Shown in pieces: positions 54,921-62,072 of a DNA stretch of 64,000 nucleotides; positions within the stretch are counted from its first letter, which is position 1, and the number at the start of each line of letters is the position of its first letter. The position numbers and the translations under genes are program-made. The stretch spans positions 323,890 to 387,889 of the forward strand of contig MHKS01000005.1 in the NCBI GenBank assembly GCA_001818495.1, written 5' to 3'. The notes below the pieces were generated by a model, which made no database searches, had not been told where the DNA came from, and worked only from the letters and a program-made list of their open reading frames with translations. This DNA is from Candidatus Komeilibacteria bacterium RIFOXYD1_FULL_37_29. Lineage in GTDB: Bacteria; Patescibacteriota; Patescibacteriia; UBA1558; GWA2-36-10.

Positions 54921-56453
54921 TTATTTAAAATATTTTTGTAGAATTTGATTGTCCAAGGTATTTGGTGCTACATCTTCTATTGAAGCCAATGATTCAAGTA
55001 GTTTCTCCGCGTTGCCTTTAGTATCAATAGTTTTGACATCCAACTCTCCATCGGAGGCTAAAAATAAATAAACATAATTTGGTTCTTCAAATTCAGCAAA
55101 AACTACATTGTCAAAAACTGCCTTAAAAGTATTGACCAAACTTTTTAAATATCTGGGGTCAGATGACATATAACCCCACAGAGCTACCCGGCCGTCGGTT
55201 TTTAAGTGTTCTTTAGCGTAGCGAAAATATTCTATGGTATAAAGTGGTGAAGAATGAGCAATCATCGGATGTTCAATATCTATGACAATCACGTCGTATT
55301 TTTCTTGACTGGTCCGCAAAAATTCAGCGCCATCTTTGATGATAATATTAACTTTTGGGTCATCAATAGCATTGTTGGTATATTCTTTAAAAAATTGAGC
55401 CGCTTCGTAAATAACGGGATTTATTTCAGCCACTGTGACCTGATGAGGGTTATTATTTAACACTGAAGCCAAAGTAAAACCACAACCCAATCCGATATTT
55501 AAGACATCGGCCTCTGGCTTACCACCGAGCGCTCCGTCGGCGATTAAACTTTCTGACTGATGACTTAGGACAGAGCATTGCCCCCAATTATCAATATTTA
55601 GTATTTTGTCTAGACCTAGTTCAGTTTCTTCTTCAGTTACAGTTATTACTCCCCAAGGCGATGCCTTTTCCCAAAGTATGTCTTTTTGTCCTATAATGTC
55701 AATATTTTTGGATTGGCGATAAGGGTCTTTTATTGTAGCTAGATTTTTGGGTATAACATACATTTTTTGATTTCGGATAGCCAGTCCGGCGACTATAGTA
55801 AAAAGTAATATAAAGATTAGCCAAGCTAAGCGCAATTTTTTGCCAGCCGGAAAAACTATTAGCGCGGCTAAAATATTTAAGCTACCAGCCAGGACAATAG
55901 TAGCAGTATGGCCATAATTAGGCATAATAAAAAATCCGGCTAAAGCTGCTCCAGTGACTGATCCCAAAACATCCAAAGTATAGAGCCAGCCGATTCGACT
56001 GCTGATCTGATCATTTGGACCATCAATAATCATGGCAATGGCCAGAGGAAAAATAGCGCCCAAGAGCACTGTCGGGATTAATATAAAAATAGCCCCGCCG
56101 GTAAATTGTAATAGTAATGGCGAACTGATTAATTTGGCTAAGGCATCAAATAATTTTGGTAAATTAATAAATTGGCTTAATATCAGGATGCCGTAGAAAG
56201 CAATTGTTAATTGCAAGATACTAAAAACAAGACCGGTGGAGCTTATTCTTTTTTTAAAAATAGTCATCAGCGCCGCTCCTAATGACAGGCCACCTAAGAA
56301 AATTATTAAGACAATGGTGAGTGATGTTAGAGCGCTCCCGAAAAATAACAGCAAAATGCGAGAAGTAATCAGTTCATAGATCAAAGCACTGGCTCCGGAA
56401 AAAGCCGTCGCCAAAATTACCAAGCGCCAATTGTACAAATTTTGTTGTAGCAT
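54921..56453 (-). CDS. Fusion protein: N-terminal polytopic membrane domain (~8 TM) plus C-terminal spermidine/spermine-synthase-like (aminopropyltransferase fold) domain
   Basis: C-terminal VLNIGLGCGFTLASVL...VTVAEINPVIYEAAQ...YDVIVIDIEHP is a SpeE-like Rossmann signature; the N-terminus is hydrophobic and MFS-like. Confidence 0.6.
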   Translation of the reverse strand: MLQQNLYNWRLVILATAFSGASALIYELITSRILLLFFGSALTSLTIVLIIFLGGLSLGAALMTIFKKRISSTGLVFSILQLTIAFYGILILSQFINLPKLFDALAKLISSPLLLQFTGGAIFILIPTVLLGAIFPLAIAMIIDGPNDQISSRIGWLYTLDVLGSVTGAALAGFFIMPNYGHTATIVLAGSLNILAALIVFPAGKKLRLAWLIFILLFTIVAGLAIRNQKMYVIPKNLATIKDPYRQSKNIDIIGQKDILWEKASPWGVITVTEEETELGLDKILNIDNWGQCSVLSHQSESLIADGALGGKPEADVLNIGLGCGFTLASVLNNNPHQVTVAEINPVIYEAAQFFKEYTNNAIDDPKVNIIIKDGAEFLRTSQEKYDVIVIDIEHPMIAHSSPLYTIEYFRYAKEHLKTDGRVALWGYMSSDPRYLKSLVNTFKAVFDNVVFAEFEEPNYVYLFLASDGELDVKTIDTKGNAEKLLESLASIEDVAPNTLDNQILQKYFK

Positions 56454-56509
56454 ATTATAAATAGTATAGCATAAATTATGTTATTTTTGCAGATAAGTTT
56501 AGGTAAAAT

Positions 56510-56538
56510 ATTGACTATTATCCTAAATAGTTTATAAT
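56510..56538 (+). promoter_or_regulatory. Sigma70 promoter TTGACT-17-TATAAT for the small basic protein gene
   Basis: Read directly from the sequence. Confidence 0.5.
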
Positions 56539-56566
56539 TATTAAATAAATAATATATATAATATCT

Positions 56567-56686
56567 ATGGCAAAAAGAAGACATGCTTTCGGCCGTCAGC
56601 AAAAATCCAGTTCTCGTAAGACCAAGAAAAGACTGGAAACAAAAAAACAAATGCTGGAAGCCAAAGCCAAAAAGAAACACAAATAA
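56567..56686 (+). CDS. Small, highly basic 39-aa protein (MAKRRHAFGRQQKSSSRKTKKRLETKKQMLEAKAKKKHK), possibly ribosome- or nucleic-acid-associated
   Basis: Near-consensus promoter upstream and a hairpin terminator (copy 3 of the motif) downstream; too short for the ORF track; family not recognised. Confidence 0.35.
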   Translation: MAKRRHAFGRQQKSSSRKTKKRLETKKQMLEAKAKKKHK

Positions 56687-56712
56687 CACCTAATTTTCCA
56701 GCAATCTAGTTT

Positions 56713-56746
56713 TCAAAACAACAAGATGCTAATTATCTTGTTTTTT
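56713..56746 (+). terminator. Copy 3 of the hairpin/terminator motif (TCAAAACAACAAGATGCTAATTATCTTGTTTTTT)
   Basis: Variant of copies 1 and 2 (~80% identical over ~34 nt), with the same stem CAAGAT/ATCTTG and a T-run. Confidence 0.5.
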
Positions 56747-56782
56747 GATATACTATAGAAATAAAAATTAATTTTAAAAAAT

Positions 56783-57523
56783 ATGTCATTAGAAAATAAA
56801 ATAGCCATTGTTACGGGCGCCGCCATGGGTATTGGTTTGGGTATTGCCAAAGCTTTGGCTAAACAAAAATGCCAAGTAGTAGTGGCTGATATCAATTTGG
56901 CCGAGTGTCAAAAAGCGGCCAAAGAGCTGGAAGCTTTGGGAGCTAAAGTCTTCGCGGTTAAGTGTGATGTTAGTAAAAAATCAGATGTCACTAAGTTGTT
57001 TGAACAAACGATTAAAAAATTTGGTAAAGTGGATGTTTTGGTCAACAATGCCGGTATTTATCCTTTTGTCTCTTTGGAGAAAATGACCGAAGCAGACTGG
57101 GACAAGGTCATGGCAGTCAATCTTAAGAGTATTTTCTTGACTTGCAAAGAAGCATTGCGTCTCATGTCCTCTGGCGGAAGAATTGTTAATATTTCTTCCA
57201 TTGCTTCGCTGGTTGGTTTTGAAGGGTTAACTCATTATTGTGCTTCTAAGGGTGCTATAAATGGTTTTACCAGGGCTTTGGCTTTGGAGGCAGCTCACAA
57301 AAACATTTTGGTCAATGTGGTAGCTCCGGGGGCTATTGAAACACCAGGCGTTAGTCAAGGTATGAGCGCTGATCTTAAAAAACAGACAACAGCCGCTATC
57401 CCACTAGCTAGGATGGGTCAGCCGGCGGACATTGCTGGAGCCGTAGTATTTTTGGCTTCTGATGATTCTGCCTATATTACTGGTCAGGTGATAGTAGTAG
57501 ATGGTGGTTGGACTTTACGTTAA
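56783..57523 (+). CDS. SDR-family oxidoreductase (FabG-like 3-oxoacyl-ACP reductase fold)
   Basis: TGAAMGIGLGIA (TGxxxGxG); NNAG; catalytic S...YCASKGA (YxxxK). Confidence 0.85.
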   Translation: MSLENKIAIVTGAAMGIGLGIAKALAKQKCQVVVADINLAECQKAAKELEALGAKVFAVKCDVSKKSDVTKLFEQTIKKFGKVDVLVNNAGIYPFVSLEKMTEADWDKVMAVNLKSIFLTCKEALRLMSSGGRIVNISSIASLVGFEGLTHYCASKGAINGFTRALALEAAHKNILVNVVAPGAIETPGVSQGMSADLKKQTTAAIPLARMGQPADIAGAVVFLASDDSAYITGQVIVVDGGWTLR

Positions 57524-57562
57524 AGATAAAATTTTATTTATATATTTATCTCGGATTATTTT

Positions 57563-58222
57563 ATGAAGAATATCATAATTTTAAGCTTGGCTTTTTTTCT
57601 AACCAGCGCTTGTATTTTACCGTCTGATAATTCCACTAATATTTTAAATACTAATATTCAGTTGCCGACAGAAAATCGAGAAGCCGAAGTAGCCGATATC
57701 CCTGTAACAGTAGAGGATAGGGCAGTGATTGAACCAATAGCCGAGTTTTCAGAGCGGATTACCAAAAAGCCCTTTGGTATTTATATTACTAGAGAGACAT
57801 CGCCTGTTCAGCCAGAAAAATTTACCGGTTATCATACGGGTGTTGATGTGGAATATGGTGATAAGCCGGAGGAAGAAATAAAAGTTTTAGCTATCGCTGA
57901 TGGAGTAGTAGTCAGGTCGGGTTGGGTCAGTGGTTATGGTGGGATGCTGGCTATTCGACATAGTATCGATAAAGAGGAGTATGTAGTAATTTATGGGCAT
58001 TTAGCACCCAATTCTTTGCCTGAACTAAATCAAAAAGTATCCCAGGGGGATACTGTCGGTGTGTTAGGTGATGCTTATAGCAACGAGACAGCTGGTGAGC
58101 GTAAGCATTTGCATTTGGCTATTTACACAGGCACTGATATAAATGTCCGAGGATATGTGTCTAAACAGTCCGATTTGGTCAAATGGCTTGATCCATTAGA
58201 GTTTTTTACCCAAGCTGATTAA
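57563..58222 (+). CDS. M23-family (LytM/lysostaphin-like) metallopeptidase, lipoprotein
   Basis: Lipobox LTSAC; HTGVDVEYG (HxxxD); GHLAP...HLHLAIY (HxH). Confidence 0.7.
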   Translation: MKNIIILSLAFFLTSACILPSDNSTNILNTNIQLPTENREAEVADIPVTVEDRAVIEPIAEFSERITKKPFGIYITRETSPVQPEKFTGYHTGVDVEYGDKPEEEIKVLAIADGVVVRSGWVSGYGGMLAIRHSIDKEEYVVIYGHLAPNSLPELNQKVSQGDTVGVLGDAYSNETAGERKHLHLAIYTGTDINVRGYVSKQSDLVKWLDPLEFFTQAD

Positions 58223-58495
58223 AGCCGGCATCAACTTTAAGAAGCTTTTACCCAAAGCAGTCAGCGAATAAACTACTTTTGGAGGAATTTGATTGTAGTT
58301 TTTTCTTTTAACAATTTTAAATTTTTCCAGATTTTTTAGATTTTGGATAAGCATTTTTTCGCTGATGTCGGGGATAGAAACTTTTAGTCCACTATACCTT
58401 TGGGGTTTGGCTAGATAATAGACTATCAACATGGACCATTTTCCGCCAATTATTTTGAGTACTTTGCGAACCGGACATTTGGTATTTTTTAGCAT
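58196..58495 (-). CDS. HxlR/MarR-type winged-helix transcriptional regulator
   Basis: CPVRKVLKIIGGKWSMLIVYYL is the HxlR family signature. Confidence 0.7.
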   Translation of the reverse strand: MLKNTKCPVRKVLKIIGGKWSMLIVYYLAKPQRYSGLKVSIPDISEKMLIQNLKNLEKFKIVKRKNYNQIPPKVVYSLTALGKSFLKLMPALISLGKKL

Positions 58496-58583
58496 AATTA
58501 CTTACTAATTAGTTAGTACTTGACTATAATATAGTCTAAATATATAATTATGTAAAGTTTTAATTATTAATTTATAAAATATA

Positions 58584-59069
58584 ATGCAAAAGTTTAAAAT
58601 AGTAATGAGCTTTTTCGCGGTAGTAGTACTAGCCGGCGTATTGTCTGGTTGTATTCTTACCCAAACAAAAGATCAAGCGATTGTCGTTGAGGAAAATCCT
58701 CAGGGGACAGAAGAGCAGGTTACTGAAGAAGTAGCTAAAGAAAATAACGAAGTTGATGAGTCCAATTCTGCTGTTCAGGAATTTGAGATGGAATCATTTA
58801 CTGAGATTATTGATGGTCAATATTTCCCCCAATTTTCTAAGAAGGAAATAACGGTCAATAAGGGTGATAAAGTTAGATTGAAAATAAATGCTACCAGTGG
58901 TATGCATAACATTAAAATAGATGAATTTAATGTTTTGGCAGAGACGCCGATTGGTGAAGTAACGGTAGTAGAATTTGTGGCTAATCAGGCCGGAGAATTT
59001 GTCTACTATTGTGCCAAACCAGGTCACCGCGCCTTAGGTCAGTGGGGCACCTTAAAAGTCATAGAATAA
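58584..59069 (+). CDS. Cupredoxin-fold (type-1 copper, azurin/plastocyanin-like) lipoprotein
   Basis: Lipobox LSGC; C-terminal YYCAKPGHRALGQWG corresponds to the Cys-x-x-Pro-Gly-His ligand loop, with Gly/Gln where the axial Met is expected; upstream His in SGMHNIKI. Confidence 0.55.
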   Translation: MQKFKIVMSFFAVVVLAGVLSGCILTQTKDQAIVVEENPQGTEEQVTEEVAKENNEVDESNSAVQEFEMESFTEIIDGQYFPQFSKKEITVNKGDKVRLKINATSGMHNIKIDEFNVLAETPIGEVTVVEFVANQAGEFVYYCAKPGHRALGQWGTLKVIE

Positions 59070-59090
59070 TAGTTTTTAAATCTTTTGAAA

Positions 59091-59125
59091 AACCCTCCTA
59101 CGCTAAAGCTTTGGAGGGTTTTTTG
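59091..59125 (+). terminator. Intrinsic terminator (AACCCTCC-N14-GGAGGGTT, then TTTTTT)
   Basis: 8-bp GC-rich stem plus a U-tract 22 nt after the cupredoxin stop. Confidence 0.6.
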
Positions 59126-59161
59126 ATTTACAGCTCTTTGTTGGCTTGCTATAATTTAGTC

Positions 59162-59758
59162 ATGGATTTTAAATTAATTTTTGGTTTATTAGCCACCATT
59201 TTGTCTATTTTTGCTTTTCTGCCTTATATCAGAGATATTTTTAAAAATAAGACTAAACCCCACCTGTATTCTTGGCTAGTCTGGAGCATTATCCAAAGTG
59301 TTGGTGTTTTAGCTATGATCAAAGGCGGTGCTGAGTTTGGATCATGGGGATTGGCTATTGGTTGTTTATTTTGTATTTTGATATTTTTTCTTTCTTTTAA
59401 ATACGGCACCAAAAATATTACTAAAATAGATACAATTTTACTGCTAGCGACCTTAATCACCATTGTTATTTGGTTAAGAGAGGAAGATCCGTTGTGGTCA
59501 GTAATTTTAATAACCATTATTGATTTATTGGGTTTTATACCGACTTATCGCAAGACCTATTTGGCACCAGATACCGAAACTCTAGATATCTATGTTTTAG
59601 ATGTTTTTTCTTACGGAGCGGCTATTGTGGCTATAGCCAGCTATTCGCTAGCTACTACTTTATATGTTGGTAGTTTGGTTCTGACCAACCTTGTTATGGT
59701 TATTATTGTCTTGAGACGTCGCAGCCAGTCTTTAATTCAGAAAAAATATGAAGGTTAA
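59162..59758 (+). CDS. Polytopic membrane protein (~6 TM), function unknown
   Basis: Start at MDFKLIFGLL (the track ORF starts at 59009, before the terminator, which is implausible); purely hydrophobic repeat-like halves. Confidence 0.45.
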   Translation: MDFKLIFGLLATILSIFAFLPYIRDIFKNKTKPHLYSWLVWSIIQSVGVLAMIKGGAEFGSWGLAIGCLFCILIFFLSFKYGTKNITKIDTILLLATLITIVIWLREEDPLWSVILITIIDLLGFIPTYRKTYLAPDTETLDIYVLDVFSYGAAIVAIASYSLATTLYVGSLVLTNLVMVIIVLRRRSQSLIQKKYEG

Positions 59759-60548
59759 ATTTTTGTGTCTCAATTTATGGCAGGGTGGTAATTTGATGGA
59801 TGATATTTTGGCTTTTATAAAAAAAGAAGATCCAGATATTTTGGTTTTACAAGAAGTTTATGATGGCCACAATCCCAGCTGGGACAGACAATATCGTTCT
59901 ATGGATGTTTTGAGAAAAGAGCTAAATTATCAGTATTCGCATTTTGCTAAGTCTTATTTGGATAATCGTGATATTGGTAAAGTAGACTATGGCAATGCCG
60001 TATTTTCCAAATTTCCTATCAAAGACAGTAATTTTATTTTTTATGATATTCCTTACCGCGATGATTATGTAGAGAGTTTTGAAAACTTTCCTCTGGCTTC
60101 TCGCAATTTACAACAAGTAACACTGGATGTCTCTGGTAAAGAACTGAGTATTTTTAATACTCAGGGTATTTGGGGAAAAGATGGTGATGATAATGAGCGG
60201 CGTTTTCAGATGATAGAAACTATAATTTCTCAAATTAAAGGTAAAAAAAATGTTATTGTAGCTGGTGATTTTAATTTTAAAGATACTACGCAGGCCATTG
60301 CCAATTTGGAAAAATATTTGGTCAATATTTTTAAAGGAGAAGCTCAAACTAGTTTTAATATTAAAAGAAAGATAAATGCTGGTGTAGCTTCTTTTGCCGC
60401 TTTTGCCAGACCCCAGGAAGTAACTGGCTATGCTCAAGCTGTAGTAGATATGGTCTTTGTTAGTCGTAATATAAAAGTACTTGAGCATAGGTATGTTCAA
60501 GTGGATATTTCGGATCATTTGCCACTTTTGGCTGTTTTAGAAATTTAG
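59748..60548 (+). CDS. Endonuclease/exonuclease/phosphatase (EEP) family protein
   Basis: EEP catalytic motifs DILVLQEV, VIVAGDFNF and SDHLPLLAVLEI. Confidence 0.7.
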   Translation: MKVKFLCLNLWQGGNLMDDILAFIKKEDPDILVLQEVYDGHNPSWDRQYRSMDVLRKELNYQYSHFAKSYLDNRDIGKVDYGNAVFSKFPIKDSNFIFYDIPYRDDYVESFENFPLASRNLQQVTLDVSGKELSIFNTQGIWGKDGDDNERRFQMIETIISQIKGKKNVIVAGDFNFKDTTQAIANLEKYLVNIFKGEAQTSFNIKRKINAGVASFAAFARPQEVTGYAQAVVDMVFVSRNIKVLEHRYVQVDISDHLPLLAVLEI

Positions 60549-60561
60549 CTAAAATAAAACC

Positions 60562-60633
60562 GGGACGCAGAGGCTGATAGTAGCGTGCGTCCCAGCAGGG
60601 GGAGGTGATGGCAGCTCTGAAGAGCTGTTTTTT
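60562..60633 (+). terminator. Two consecutive hairpins after the EEP gene: GGGACGCA-N16-TGCGTCCC (no U-tract) then CAGCTC-TGAA-GAGCTG-TTTTTT (intrinsic terminator)
   Basis: Read directly. The second hairpin, with a T6 tract, is the likely terminator; it could also serve the convergent small minus-strand ORF. Confidence 0.5.
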
Positions 60634-60646
60634 AAAATTCTATGAT

Positions 60647-60781
60647 TTAATAGTACTCCAGATTGGATGCACCACAGTCCGAAAACAGCGTCCCAGGATT
60701 GAGTTTGATGGCCACAATTATTACCAGAATAAGTAATATGATAATTCCAATTACGATAAAAACATGAGTTCTGGGTTTCAT
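60647..60781 (-). CDS. Possible 44-aa single-TM micro-protein (MKPRTHVFIVIGIIILLILVIIVAIKLNPGTLFSDCGASNLEYY)
   Basis: ATG preceded by GGAAAGGAAAG (SD-like), a hydrophobic core, and ends at the bidirectional hairpin; very short, so low confidence. Confidence 0.25.
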   Translation of the reverse strand: MKPRTHVFIVIGIIILLILVIIVAIKLNPGTLFSDCGASNLEYY

Positions 60782-60963
60782 AAAATTTCTTTCCTTTCCA
60801 AGGCATGTTTGAGTTGTTAGGAACAAAGTTAATTATATATATTAGCATTTTTTTGGTAATTTGTCAATGTATATAAGTTAATTTTGTTAAATAAAATGAG
60901 CCTAGAGGCTTGCTTTTTTAGTCAAATAATGAGATGATGGGAGAGTTTTAATAATAATTTAAA

Positions 60964-61962
60964 ATGAATTTAGAAAAAATATACAAAATTTTAGAAGATC
61001 AACCCAAATATAGGATTCAACAGGTCAAAGACGCTATCTTTAAAACATTAGCTAGCAATTGGTCAGATGTTTCCAATATTTCTAAAGAGTTAAAAGCCAA
61101 ATTAAACAAAGAATGTCCCTTAGAAATTAATGGACAGATTTTTAGTTCTAAAAGTACTAGAACTATTAAAGCGTTGATTACTTTGGCTGACGGTTTGCAG
61201 ATTGAGACTGTTCTTTTGTCTCACAAAGATGGTCGGCATACAGTTTGCGTCTCCACTCAGGTCGGTTGTCCCTTGCGTTGTAAATTTTGTGCCACTGGTA
61301 AGCTAGGGCTAAAAAGAAATTTGGAAGTAGGAGAAATGTTGGAGCAAGTTTTATTTTTTTCTAGGCTTTTGAAACAAGAAAACATGCGCGTGTCCAATGT
61401 AGTTTTTATGGGCATGGGAGAACCATTTTTAAATTATAGTAAGACTATTAAAGCTATTCATTATCTCAATGAAGATTTACTGATTGGTGCTCGGCATATT
61501 TCTGTTTCCACCAGCGGTCTAATACCAGGTATAGAAAAATTGTCTAGAGAAAAAATGCAGATAAATTTAGCCGTGTCTTTGCACGCGCCCAATCAAAAAT
61601 TACGTAGCGATCTGATGCCAATTAGCAAACGTTTCCCTTTGGACAGTTTGTTGAAAGCCGTTGATAAATATATTGGTAAAACCGGTCGTCGAGTCATGTT
61701 TGAGTATTTGATGATTAAAGGTGTAAATGATAGTCCAGAGTTGGCTAGAGAACTAGCTGGGTTAATGAACAAACCTTTATATGTGGTTAATCTAATAGCC
61801 TATAATCCAACGGATGTTTTCCGACCCTCTGATAAAAGAACCATTGAAAATTTTCGAGGTATCTTGGAGAAAGAAGGCGTAGCAGTAACTCAGCGTTATA
61901 GTTTTGGTCAAGATATTGATGCGGCTTGTGGGCAGTTGGCCAATAAAGGCCAGTGTCGTTAA
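60964..61962 (+). CDS. rlmN: Radical-SAM 23S rRNA/tRNA (adenine-C2)-methyltransferase RlmN/Cfr family
   Basis: CVSTQVGCPLRCKFCATG (CxxxCxxC) and the conserved downstream ...MGMGEPFLNY... and C-terminal Cys. Confidence 0.85.
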   Translation: MNLEKIYKILEDQPKYRIQQVKDAIFKTLASNWSDVSNISKELKAKLNKECPLEINGQIFSSKSTRTIKALITLADGLQIETVLLSHKDGRHTVCVSTQVGCPLRCKFCATGKLGLKRNLEVGEMLEQVLFFSRLLKQENMRVSNVVFMGMGEPFLNYSKTIKAIHYLNEDLLIGARHISVSTSGLIPGIEKLSREKMQINLAVSLHAPNQKLRSDLMPISKRFPLDSLLKAVDKYIGKTGRRVMFEYLMIKGVNDSPELARELAGLMNKPLYVVNLIAYNPTDVFRPSDKRTIENFRGILEKEGVAVTQRYSFGQDIDAACGQLANKGQCR

Positions 61963-62072
61963 TTTTTTAAAAAGCTTTATTAAAAGCCTCTTGGAGGGGT
62001 TTTTGTTTTTGTGGTTGATGTTTTACATTATCCCTAAAATATGGTATAAAAAACTTTACTGATTTTATATTT

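Noticed and set aside
56417-56895. ORFs 56417..56689 (-) and 56713..56895 (-)
   Set aside because: They overlap the promoter, the small basic protein gene, the terminator motif and the start of the SDR gene on the opposite strand; low-complexity translations.
60549-60848. 99-aa minus-strand ORF from the track
   Set aside because: Covers two terminator hairpins and has no recognisable features. A shorter 44-aa membrane micro-protein in a different frame (60647..60781) is the only plausible coding element here, and even that is low confidence.
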